Source: Macrostomum lignano (Eukaryota). Taken from it: DNA of 64,000 nt. The position numbers and the translations under genes were made by a program. Shown piece by piece: positions 51,745 to 64,000 of the stretch. Under the pieces are notes generated by a model. That model did no database searches. It saw only the letters and a list, made by a program, of their open reading frames with translations, and was not told the DNA's origin. How positions within the stretch are numbered: position 1 is the first letter of the stretch; each line of letters begins with the position of its first letter. The stretch spans positions 682,001-746,000 of the forward strand of contig NIVC01000032.1 of the NCBI GenBank assembly GCA_002269645.1. The letters are read 5' to 3'.

Positions 51745-53232
51745 GTTTGCTTGCGAGCTGCCAGAAAATTACAGCTGCTTTTTTAAACGACTGGAGCAGC
51801 TTTGTATCTGAAATCTACAATGCTCGAAAAGTTTCTAGAAAGTCGGCTTAAACGCACAATCAGTTATTTCAGTATCAACACATGCACAGAGCCAGACTGT
51901 AAAACTAAGTCGCATCGCGGAGTCGAAAAGCCATTCAGAATCTTAAATTTTTGTATTTGCTATCGTGAGAAATGAATGATATACTTTGAAGCATAATAAA
52001 AATGTAAATATTACAAATTTTAGCAAGCGGCTGTTTATTTTATCCGTGCCGAAGCTTAGAATGGATTTTACTATACATTTTGTTATACATGTTCCTTCGC
52101 ACGGTAAAACATTTTAGTTAAAATTTTAATCCGTTGACAATATGCTTTGCAATTCCAAATGGTTATTTGTAAAATGGTTTAGTTTTTTATTATTTTTAAA
52201 ACGGGATAAACTTATGAACTAAGTCGTAATGAAGATATACATAAATATTCCAATAATGATTGTTTTCCCCGCTTCCTTATACGACATTAACAACAAGCCG
52301 TGTGCCATAAGTATTTGTTATTTTCTTTATTTGATTAAAATAAGTATTGAAAACGTTTAGACACAAAATATAGCGCACAAAAATTCATTCCTGACAATGA
52401 GAGGTCTGTCAAAATGTGGGCTTTCTATATATTTGCACAGACACGTATATTTTTGTTTTACACACACTGTGTCACTATATGTATAATTGAGAAACACAGC
52501 TGTCAGCTGAATAATATTTGATAAAATACAACAGTTTTTATTAACTACTTGATGCTGAAAGCAGAATAAAATAGAGCGAATGTTTAGCAGAAAAAAACTT
52601 TTTTGAAAAAAAGAAATATTTTTGAGAGACAGTACATCAAAACTACAACTGTTGCACGAACGATTCAGTGGATTTAATGTAATTAAAAAGGGACACGATG
52701 ACCGTATTTAACACTGCTTAATTAAGGCGTATTTGACGAATCTGCAAAAAGTATATGTTTGATGGGATACTAATTTCCCACACGATAAAAAATAAAAGAA
52801 TTCCAGCTGACGGCAAGCATGCTGAATTAAATTTGCAAAACAAATAACAGAAACCAAATGTGTCAAAGCTGAAAAAGCAACAAAAACCAAGGGTTGTTCA
52901 CTTTGTCAAAATGATCATATTTTTCTGGTTTTTTTCATTTTTTCTCAGATGAGCATTCTGTTTGTTACTTGACGTCCAGAGGATCTTGTTGAAATCTCGG
53001 CTGTTCTAATTAAAATGAATGAATATAGAGTAAAAATTGTGATGCGCTGTCTCGATCGAACTGAACTGCTTCTACGCGTTTGCCCAAACGAAACTGCGAA
53101 AGGAGCAGCAGCAGCAGCAGCTTTGAGTAACGCTGAGCACACGCCGAGATGAACCTAAGGATCGAGAGGACGAGGGAACACTCTGTTGGGTCCCGTCGAT
53201 CTCTCGTCAAAGTCCCAACCGGTTCAGATCCC

Positions 53233-56200
53233 CTAAGCGTTGACGCCACCGCCTCGAAGGATTCGCAAGAAACGCGAATCGGTAGACGCGCCAATGTTAG
53301 CCCCGTTGTTGCTGACGCCGGAGACACTCTGGAGCACAGAGCTCGTCAGCGGTTGCTGCAACAGGTTGTTAAAAAGATCATTTATCCGGTCCCGTAAGAA
53401 TACACACGCTTGCTACGAGTGTTAGTCGTCAATTTGAGCAGTGCCTAAAATAGTCAAGTACAAGGACGGGAAACCATGTTTCTTGGAACATTTTAGAAGG
53501 CAGGTTTTTTACCGAAAAAAAAATCATTATGGAGATAGGAGGTTTTTATTTTTGCAGCACAAAAATCGTTATGGCTTCTGATATAGGAGGCAGACCTTAT
53601 AATGCTTTTCTTTTGATATGCTTTGCCTTTATTATAGCTCTATTGATATTCATAAAGCTTTTTGTTTGAAAAATTAGGATTCTATCTTAATTTTATATCC
53701 TACGTACAATCTCACATTTACTGTGTCTAAAATGGTAAAACCTGGCTCCGTAAAGTTTCCAAGCAGCGTAGTTTCTTGTCCTTCTACTTGAGTAAGTCCT
53801 TGACTATTGACTGCAATGTCCGAAGGTTTCAAGCCAGCGTTACACTCTACAACAGTGTGCTGAAAGGTTTAGATTAAATTACTATTTTTATCCTGCATGG
53901 TTTGGTTGGCCTGTTGATACGGACAAAGGGACAGTCGTTTCAAAGCCAGCGAAACACACAAACAGTCATAACAGATACGTACGCAGGCACACACTTCCAT
54001 AGGATGTACAGCGCCACTTTGCATACACATCGTCATTCTTGGTTGTTAATCAAGCGCACAAGCCTCAAATTTGATCAATTCGACGTTACTCACCTGTGAC
54101 GTCTCGAACGGCAGTCCGTCGCCGTTCATGTCTTCGTTGCCGACTCTGGAACGACGGCGGACCTTCTTGCCCATCTCGCGGCCCCAGCTGCGGTGGGGCA
54201 GCATCAGGCTGTGTATCTTCTGTTGGAAATAAGAAAGAGTATGACTGAGCATGCTTAGAAAGCAGACTTTTTGGTCAATAGCCGGCCTAAGCCCCATTAT
54301 TAAAAAGTTTTATTGCTGTGAAAACAGCCTATGTCAATTATCAGTACGTAACGACATTTCTCGAAGATTTCCCATTTGATAAATCTGATGTCAAGAACTA
54401 CATATGTCAAATCTCGGTCTGAGGCAATTCTGCCCATTCCACTGACACCTGAGCACACACTGCTCGTATATATTTACATCAAAACCAGAAGATTCTTTCT
54501 TACCTGCTTTAGCGACATGTTGCCCTTCAACGTGACAACTTTATAGATGGCAACTCCAGGCATTGGCATGACAACAAGCATCGAGATCACCCAGCCAGCA
54601 ATGTCAGCGCTCGGCGGAAACTCATACAGGCCGTACTTTGACGGTTTAATCGACGTGAAGGTGAAAATAGCCACAGAAATGAGTACCAATGGCGAGAAAA
54701 ACTGCCAGACGATTTTCCAGAAGGTTCGGGACTTTCGAATGAAAGGGTTCATTTCCTCGATGTTGTCTAGAAAATTGTCAGCTCCGTACACCCAGGTGAT
54801 GACTACCAGTTCTAGGAATCCAACCACGAGAACAGAATAGGTGCAGCTGTAGTTATCCAGCAGTTGAAGAACGAACATTCCACCCTGAGAATGGCCGAGG
54901 CATCAATGAAGGTTTAAAATACAATAAAAGGCTTCAAGTGCTCGATAGTCTGTTCAAACTAATATTCAATTCTTGCTAGAACGGAATACTGAGAAGCGCC
55001 AGGGGCGCTAGCACCAGGGGCGCCAGCACCAGGGGCGCCAGCACCAGGGGCGCCAGCACCAGGGGCGCCAGCACCAGGGGCGTCAGCACCAGGGGCGCCA
55101 GCACCAGGGGCGCCAGCACCAGGGGCGCCAGCACCAGGGGCGCCAGCACCAGGGGCGCCAGCACCAGGGGCGCCAGCACCAGGGGCGCCAGCACCAGGGG
55201 CGCCAGCACCAGGGGCGCCAGCACCAGGGGCGCCAGCACCAGGGGCGCCAGCACCAGGGGCGCCAGCACCAGGGGCGCCAGCACCAGGGGCGCCATAAAT
55301 TTGCTACTCCTCTGCTCTATCTTACCACGCGGTCTATTCAGGGTGTGTCCAAATCCTAATTTAATGAGCTTGAGCTAAAAAACATAAACTTCAGAACCAT
55401 CTCGTACCCGAGTTGTGCAGGGCAGGCCACAGACAAAGGCCAGCAGGCAGATGGCGCAGAGCACAATGAACGGCCGTTTGCCGATGCTAAGGTGCCGGCT
55501 CCAGTTGTCGCACACGGATGTAACCAGCGTGTTCACATTGGCAATCATGGTGCCAAAGCCGAGAGTGAGCAGCATGCCAAATAATAGAGCGGCCCACAGC
55601 GGCGACACGGGCATCGAAGTCACAATGTCCGGGTAGAGAATAAAGGCCAAACCAGCGCCTGAAATCATGCCAAATGTTCCTTCATCGATATATAGATATT
55701 TTTAAGACCGAATGAACATCTCACCATCCTTGGCTACTTCGTCGATGGGCACAGACATCACGTGACTCATGTAGCCGAGCACGCAGAAGACGGTCATGCC
55801 GGCATAGATTGACGTGGCGCCGTCGCCCAGTGACACCAGAAGGGAGTCACTGAATATTGATTTATTTTTAATTCGCGAAATTGCTTCAAAATATTGGCTG
55901 TTTTTGTAAGCCGCTATGCTCATATCAAGGTAAAATATATAAAATATGAGAAACTTACAGCAAAGCGTTATTATGGAATTTATTGTAGCTGCTCAAAGCG
56001 ATGATCCCGCCCCAGCCGCTGGCCAGAGAGAAAAACACCTGTGGAAAATGTTGTTATTTTTTGTAGACTTCAGTTCGCTGACTCAGGCTGTCAGAGAAAA
56101 AAGTACAAAGTGTACCTGCATCGCGGCGTCGCCCCAGACCTTCGCGTCGGCCAGCCGATCCCAGTTGGGAATGAAAAAGTACTCCAAACCCTTTGAGCTG

Positions 56201-59200
56201 CCCTCCAGAGTGAGTCCACGAATCAGCAGAATGGTGAGCACAAGGTATGGAAACAACCCTGTGAAATACACAGCCTGAAAAATAAAAAAATAATTTCTTT
56301 ATCATTCAAAAAGTTTAGATTTGATAGATGTTTTCTGTTTTCTTATTAAACACAATAAATATAGATCAAATTTTCGGTGTGGTCTACTGCTGGTCAGTAG
56401 TCTGATGATGATAGTGCAATATTATCATACCAGCTAAGTTACCGTGACCTCTAAATGTATAAAATCTTTAATTCACATGTATGCTATTTAGGTAAATGAA
56501 CTCTAACTTTGCACAAATCTAATGCAAACTAATTATTAAGTTTTGTATATTTCTGATGGGTTTTTTATTTAGTCACACGCCAGCAACACTGTTTTAGTGT
56601 GAATCAAGCCGGCTAAGCTTCATAAACCGCTGTTACATCTAGCTTGTTATTTGAATAAATTTTATACTCTTCTTAGTCCTAAGAGTCTAGAAACTAATAA
56701 AAACTGTAAGAGAGAGAGAGTGGTCAGGCAGATCAAAGTCGGGCAGATTTGTATCAAAGTAGGTCAACGGTCAAAGTGTAATTGAGCCTAGTAGCTGTGG
56801 GGTACCTCTAGGGAATTTTCTGTAAAGATATGCGACTTTTATTTCTTGATAACCACTGGATATATTATTCGACAATAAGTTCGAGCAACAGCGAGGGGCT
56901 TTATCAAACTCAAATCTTCACAAACTCAAATCTTCACAAACTGGAATCTTCACAAACTCGAATTTTCAAAAACTGGAATCTTCACAAACTCGAATTTTCA
57001 CAAACTTGAAACTTCACAAGCTCGAATCTTTACAAGCTCGAATCTTCACAAGCTCGATGCTTCACAAACTCAAATCTTCACAAACTGGAATCTTCACAAA
57101 CTCGAATCTTCACAAACTCGAATCTTCACAAACTCGAATTTTCACAAACTCAAATCTTCACAAACTCGAATCTTTACAAACTCGAATTTTCACAAGCTTG
57201 AAACTTCACAAGCTCGAATCTTCACAAGCTCGAATCTTCACAAGCTCGGATCTTCACAAACTCAAATCTTCACAAACTCGAATCTGCTCGAAAAAATGCT
57301 CGAAAAAATGCTCGCCTTTGAAAAGCTTCTAATCTATTAATTACAGCCCCGTCGCTGCAAAAATGTCCATGGCCAAAAAACCACCTGAATCAGTGCAAAG
57401 TTATTGGCAGGAGACTCAGTTCATGCCCCAGATTCTATATACTCTTAGATGGGCCACTCCAACCTGGGTTCAGACCATAGACTACAGCTTCTTCTGCTAC
57501 TCTAAAGCACTATAGCAGCAGCAGCAGCAGCAGCTGGTGTCTGTGGCCCTAACCCCGGGGTAAATACGGTAGCGAGTTACTGGAATGACACATCTAAGTA
57601 ATATAGAATGGTGTAGCAGTTGGTGCAATATAGAATAAAGAATCTATGATTCATGCCCCTCCCCAATACTGTCTATGGTACTTGGCCAATTCAAAAAAGA
57701 TTTTTTGCAAATTGAAAAAGTTTCTAAGAACTTAACAATATTAATTTTTTAGTCTCTCATTTAGCGACAAAAATTTTTGTCGACTGATGCAGTTTTCCTC
57801 GAATACACAAAATTTGATACAGTTTCTGCAAAAGAAACAGCATTTGCCGTGTTGACTGCTAATTGCTACGTTGATGATGCATTGCTAGTCACACTAGAAA
57901 ATTGCAGTGCAAATTTACGTGTAAGAGAATAACTGCAGTGGGGTAGTCGACCAGTAGAAAGCGAGGAGGCAACTGCACTCGTGCCTCTCACGCTCACACA
58001 AGGTGTACAGGGGGATCGAATGAAACTCACTTTTCCAGCAGATTTGACTCCCCGAATCAGGCAGAGGATCACCACAATCCAAGAGGCCAGCAGGCAGAGG
58101 ACCAGTTCCCATTTCGGCAAGCCCATCTCGTGAAATCCGTTTGAGATAGACAGGACGAAGTTGCTGGAATATAGCGGTTAAAAAGTTAATAGACAGGTAC
58201 AGTGTTTCAAAGAGCATTAAGTTAATAATAATATGCTTGTAGTTGCGCTGACGCAATTCTGCACATTCCGCAGACTCCTGAGTCAGAGTGCAGGCACAGC
58301 ACTCATACACACGCTCACTCAGGGTGTAAAGCGGCAATGAATTTCTAATCATCCAGGCATTTACACTCTCTGTGACTACAGCTAAGCTGTCGCGGAATTT
58401 ACAGGCTACTCACTGAAAGTACTCGTCGCTGGAGGTCTTGGGCGCGGGCACCGAGCCCAGAAAGTTGTGCAGCAGGCTGGTATTCGTGGAGTTCAACGTC
58501 GCGGCTTCGTCGTAGAATGTCGACAAGGCGGTACCGTCGGGCGTGTCGTTTCCAGGAAACGGCCTCATGGCCCCATCCGAAGACTCCATCACCCAGCTGG
58601 CGTTGTTGGGCAGCAGGCAGCTGTGGTTCAGAGCGAAGGCGAAGAACCCGCCCTGACGCCTGCACCGATTTCTCTCCGACAAGGTGCGAATGTGCACGCA
58701 GTCGCCGGTGTTCCAGCTGGAGCTGCAGGTGGTCCAGGGCAGGTCGCCAGTCACTGAGCTGATGCTCTGCCAGAAGTAGAACATCGTCCAAGCGATCAGC
58801 ATGTTGTAGTAGATGCTGCCGCAAAATGTGATGATAATCATCGACCAACCGATGCCTGTTTTGTAAAAATGAGGGAAATTGTTGGGAGTGCGTTACTGTT
58901 GTATATACAGTTCGGTTGAATTACATAAAATTAGTAGATTGTGCTTTCTTAATGTTAAATGTAGTTAGGAACTTTATTAAATATCCAGGGCGATCACAAT
59001 GAGTCCTGAGAGGTTGCACGAGAGTGGGGAGTGAGATGTCCATGAGAATCAGCAGGTGATTGGGAGATGTCCACGAGAATCACCAGGCGATTGGAGAGAT
59101 GTCCACGAGAATCAGCAGGTGATTGTGAGAGATGTCCACGGGAATCTGTGATAAAATACTATCGGTCATGAATATTTTTAATGCAAAAGTTAATTTAATG

Positions 59201-62146
59201 TAAAATGTTTAATGTAAAGCAGAGTTGGAGCCTGAGTAAGGCTTGTTATCAAGTAGGGTGAAGCATGGAGGTGAGTATACCTCGTACTAGGGTTGGCGAA
59301 AAGAAACCGCTACCACACACCTGCTCAAGCATATTAGCGCGGGTAATAGAAAACCCAGCAGAGTTAAAGCATTCAAGCTTAACAATAAATGCTTCATTTT
59401 CGGCTCTCGCGTTCAAGAGACACACCCCCAAAAACACTTAGGCACATTAGCTATGCATATAGAAGCTGTACCTCTGGGTGTGCATCTTGCTTTTTATTGT
59501 TGAACTTGGCAGAAAATTCCAACTCAACTTGATGCAAAACAACTATATTGAGAGGAGAGCACGTGACCCTTGAGTTCGCCAGACTTGGTTTCGCTTTTTT
59601 GAGTGCGGCCGACCTAAGATATAGCGGTGCCAAACTAAAAGACAGGGACACCCACCTAAGAGACAGGGACACCCACCTAAGAGACAGGGACACCCACCTA
59701 AGAGACAGGGACACCCACCTAAGAGACAGGGACACCCACCTAAGAGACAGGGACACCCACCTAAGAGACAGGGACACCCACCTAAGAGACAGGGACACCC
59801 ACCTAAGAGACAGGGACACCCACCTAAGAGACAGGGACACCCACCTAAGAGACAGGGACACCCACCCAAGAGACAGGAACACCCAGAAGACAGGGACACC
59901 CACCTAAGAGACAGGGACACCCAGAAGACAGGGACACCCACCCAAGAGGCTGTGGCGCCCACCAAGAGAGCCACTGTGTTTTCCCCGGAACCCACTTTTG
60001 GCATAAAATGCATGTTGGCATCATATTTTATTGACTTCTATAAGTTTATTCTCACCTGTAAACAGAGGGCTAGCCTTCCACACGGTGATTGGTCCTGTAG
60101 CTGAGTACTGTCCAAAGCAGGTCTCCATGTAGAGCAATGGAATGCCCACGGTGAGCAGCATGATGAGGAACGGTAGAAGGAACGCGCCGCCGCCATTCTG
60201 CCATAACGATTTGGGCAACATTTTTACAATTATTTCTTCTGCATTAGACTACTCTCATCCTTTCCACTTAGACCAGATGTACTACACGAAATTGCTTTCA
60301 GAGGTTCTCTGTATTCGACATTCATGCTAATTAGGACGCGCGTACCTAGTTTGAGGACTTCTGAACTTTTTAGCGGCACAAGTTTTTTCAGAGAAAGTAG
60401 ACAATTCGACAAAGAAACTTTTACGATCGAAATATACAGGTAATTCCTGGAAATTTCCTGTGTAGCTGAACCCCTACTCCGTTATTCACGGTAACACCAA
60501 TTATCCAGGTGTAGCTGGAACCCTCACTCTGTTATCTTCACCAATTATCCAGGTGTAGCTGAACCCTCACTCTGTTATCTACACCAATTATCCAGGTGTA
60601 GCTGAACCCTCACTCTGTTATCTTCACCAATTATCCAGGTGTAGCTGAACCCTCACTCTATTATCTTCACCAATTATCCAGGTGTAGCTGGAACCCTCAC
60701 TCTGTTATCTTCACCAATTATCCAGGTGTAGCTGAACCCTCACTCTGTTATCTTCACCAATTATCCAGGTGTAGCTGAACCCTCACTCTGTTATCTACAC
60801 CAATTATCCAGGTGTAGCTGAACCCTCACTCTGTTATCTTCACCAATTATCCAGGTGTAGCTGAACCCTCACTCTGTTATCTACACCAATTATCCAGGTG
60901 TAGCTGAACCCTCACTCTGTTATCTACATCAATTATCCAGGTGTAGCTGAACCCTCACTCTGTTATCTTCACCAATTATCCAGGTGTAGCTGAACCCTCA
61001 CTCTGTTATCTTCACCAATTATCCAGGTGTAGCTGAACCTCACTCTGTTATCTTCACCAATTATCCAGGTGTAGCTGAACCCTCACTCTGTTATCTTAAC
61101 TAATTATCCAGGTGTAATGTAACTGAACCCTTACTCTGTTATCTACGCGGTAAACCCAATTATCCAGGTGTAGCTGAACCTCACTCTGTTATCTTCACTA
61201 ATTATCCAGGTGTAGCTGGAACCCTACTCAGTTATCTACGAGCTGCATATACATCAATTATCCAGGAATAATTAGTCCTCATTCACTTATACTCTGCAGA
61301 CCAATAATTAATATATGCCTCACCTTGTAGCACAGGTATGGAAATCGCCAAACATTTCCCAGTCCCACGGCATAGGAGATGCAGGAGAACAGGAATTCTG
61401 CTTTACCGCCCCAGGAGTCACGCTTTCGCTCATCAGTGTCGGCCAGCAGATCTGGTTGCTGCGTCTCTGGCTGCTGCATCTGTTAGTCAGTTAATTTCAA
61501 TAAGTAAGGCATTATCTATAAATTGCTTTCAATATTTGCATGGAATATCACTTTTATCGCAATCAAACGGTGATTCGTTTCAAATGATCGCTAAAAACTG
61601 TCTTTAACGCAGAACTTCATTTTTTTGTGAAAAAAAACTATATTACAATTCATAGCCAGTACTATCCTTTTTGTGAAACTATAATATTAACATCCTTTTC
61701 ATATTTTCGACCATTAACTTGCACCTTAGTTTTTTGTTCTATTTTGCATATTTTGTGGATTTACCTAAATGAAGCAATAAAAAATAGATAATATATGTCT
61801 TCAATTTACAGAAAATAAAAGCTAGGGTAAAAACATATTTTAAAGAAATTGCTGACTTTTTAATTAAGAACTACAGATTTTTAACCTGAAAGAGTGTTAT
61901 ATTATTTAGATTATTTAACCAAAAAATAATAAACCAAAAATATCTCCAAAAGTACCCAAAGAAAAACTTCTAAGGCGCCTTGAGGAATATCAAATTAAAG
62001 CAGGCTAAAATAATTGCTTACATTAATCTTTTGGCAACTGAAACATCAATTCAAAGGTGCTTCGTACATTAAAAAAACAAAGTTGCTTAAAATATTACCT
62101 CCAATTCATCATTGATTGGAGCAGTAGGTTTGTCACGGAAACTCAT
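53233..62146 (-). CDS. SLC6 GlyT-like transporter, copy B (~721 aa, 12 coding exons)
   Basis: Exons 62146-62099, 61479-61324, 60197-60056, 58855-58414, 58163-58031, 56274-56116, 56038-55959, 55849-55725, 55658-55408, 54884-54504, 54219-54094 and 53355-53233. Exon lengths equal those of copy A except the last; total 2166 nt, intact. Confidence 0.93.
54995..55295. repeat. GC-rich 15-bp minisatellite (GCCAGCACCAGGGGC), ~20 copies, SLC6-B intron 9
   Basis: Near-perfect array; gives an APLVL-repeat ORF. Confidence 0.95.
56889..57357. mobile_element. MITE with a 16-bp internal array (TCTTCACAAACTCGAA), SLC6-B intron 5
   Basis: TIRs CAGCGA(C)GGGGCT, CAA on both sides (possible 3-bp TSD), array at 56905-57290. 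Confidence 0.65.
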
Positions 62147-64000
62147 GTTTGCTTGCGAGCTGCCAGAAAATTACAGCTGCTTTTTTAAACGACTGGAGCA
62201 GCTTTGTATCTGAAATCTACAATGCTCGAAAAGTTTCTAGAAAGTCGGCTTAAACGCACAATCAGTTATTTCAGTATCAACACATGCACAGAGCCAGACT
62301 GTAAAACTAAGTCGCATCGCGGAGTCGAAAAGCCATTCAGAATCTTAAATTTTTGTATTTGCTATCGTGAGAAATGAATGATATACTTTGAAGCATAATA
62401 AAAATGTAAATATTACAAATTTTAGCAAGCGGCTGTTTATTTTATCCGTGCCGAAGCTTAGAATGGATTTTACTATACATTTTGTTATACATGTTCCTTC
62501 GCACGGTAAAACATTTTAGTTAAAATTTTAATCCGTTGACAATATGCTTTGCAATTCCAAATGGTTATTTGTAAAATGGTTTAGTTTTTTATTATTTTTA
62601 AAACGGGATAAACTTATGAACTAAGTCGTAATGAAGATATACATAAATATTCCAATAATGATTGTTTTCCCCGCTTCCTTATACGACATTAACAACAAGC
62701 CGTGTGCCATAAGTATTTGTTATTTTCTTTATTTGATTAAAATAAGTATTGAAAACGTTTAGACACAAAATATAGCGCACAAAAATTCATTCCTGACAAT
62801 GAGAGGTCTGTCAAAATGTGGGCTTTCTATATATTTGCACAGACACGTATATTTTTGTTTTACACACACTGTGTCACTATATGTATAATTGAGAAACACA
62901 GCTGTCAGCTGAATAATATTTGATAAAATACAACAGTTTTTATTAACTACTTGATGCTGAAAGCAGAATAAAATAGAGCGAATGTTTAGCAGAAAAAAAC
63001 TTTTTTGAAAAAAAGAAATATTTTTGAGAGACAGTACATCAAAACTACAACTGTTGCACGAACGATTCAGTGGATTTAATGTAATTAAAAAGGGACACGA
63101 TGACCGTATTTAACACTGCTTAATTAAGGCGTATTTGACGAATCTGCAAAAAGTATATGTTTGATGGGATACTAATTTCCCACACGATAAAAAATAAAAG
63201 AATTCCAGCTGACGGCAAGCATGCTGAATTAAATTTGCAAAACAAATAACAGAAACCAAATGTGTCAAAGCTGAAAAAGCAACAAAAACCAAGGGTTGTT
63301 CATTTTGTTAAAATGATCATTTTTTCTGGGTTTTTTTCATTTTTTCTCTGATGAGCATTCTGTTTGTTACTTGACGTCCCAAAGGATCTTGTTGAAATCT
63401 CGGCTGTTCTAATTAAAATGAATGAATATAGAGTAAAAATTGTGATGCGCTGTCTCGATCGAACTGAACTGCTTCTACGCGTTTTCCCAAACGAAACTGC
63501 GAAAGGAGCAACAGCAGCATGCAGCAGCTTTGAGTAACGCTGAGCACACGCCGAGATGAACCTAATGATCGAGAGGACGAGGGAACGCTCTGTTGGGTCC
63601 CGTCGATCTCTCGTCAAAGTCCCAACCGGTTCGGATCCCCTAAGCGTTGACGCCACCGCCTCGAAGGATTCGCAAGAAACGCGAATCGGTAGACGCGCCA
63701 ATGTTAGCCCCGTTGTTGCTGACGCCGGAGACACTCTGGAGCACAGAGCTCGTCAGCGGTTGCTGCAACAGGTTTGTTAAAAAGATCATTTATCCGGTCC
63801 CGTAAGAATACACACGCTTGCTACGAGTGTTAGTCGTCAATTTGAGCAGTGCCTAAAAATAGTCAAGGACTACTCAAGTACAAGGACGGGAAACCACGTT
63901 TCTTGGAGGAACATTTTAGGAGGCAGGCATTTTTTTACCGAAAAAAAATCATTATGGAGATAGGAGGTTTTTATTTTTGCAGCACAAAAATCGTTATGGC
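58378..64000. repeat. Near-identical segmental duplication, copy 2 (open at the right edge)
   Basis: Collinear with 47444-53575. Confidence 0.95.
63640..63762 (-). CDS. Terminal coding exon of a third SLC6 paralog (copy C); the rest lies beyond the window
   Basis: 123-nt exon after a TTGCAG acceptor, encoding [40 protein letters not shown], the same peptide as the last exon of B. Confidence 0.8.
   Translation of the reverse strand, partial: QPLTSSVLQSVSGVSNNGANIGASTDSRFLRILRGGGVNA

Noticed and set aside
53010-53425. ORFs overlapping the SLC6 terminal exon, also 63300-63780
   Set aside because: Other frames of the last exon and 3'UTR; their lengths differ between near-identical copies.
54976-55296. 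APLVL-repeat hydrophobic ORF
   Set aside because: 15-bp intronic minisatellite.

Overview
Animal (invertebrate, probably lophotrochozoan; taxon is inference only) genomic DNA, AT-rich and dense in tandem repeats. Genes reconstructed by hand from splice sites and exon phases: (1) a minus-strand MBOAT lysophospholipid acyltransferase that runs off the left edge; (2) a plus-strand quiver/sleepless-type Ly6 three-finger GPI-anchored protein; (3) a 312-aa secreted protein of unknown function in one coding exon; (4) a tandem cluster of GlyT-like SLC6 transporters on the minus strand, with two complete 12-exon genes (A 36613-51744, B 53233-62146) and the last exon of a third (C); (5) an intact 4-exon BTB-BACK gene nested on the SAME strand inside intron 5 of SLC6-A. 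Mobile DNA includes an ~12 kb head-to-tail array of three non-autonomous Helitrons, each with its own internal minisatellite; a deleted IS630/Tc1-type element with ~240-bp TIRs; a mariner fossil split by two MITEs; and two tRNA-derived SINE families. The most notable observations are the same-strand nested gene, the apparent chimeric origin of SLC6-B, an Asn-to-Asp change at the SLC6 Na1 site, the Helitron concatemer, and splice acceptors just upstream of several start codons. No database searches or alignments were run; copy numbers are span divided by unit length, and protein-family calls rest on recalled motifs.
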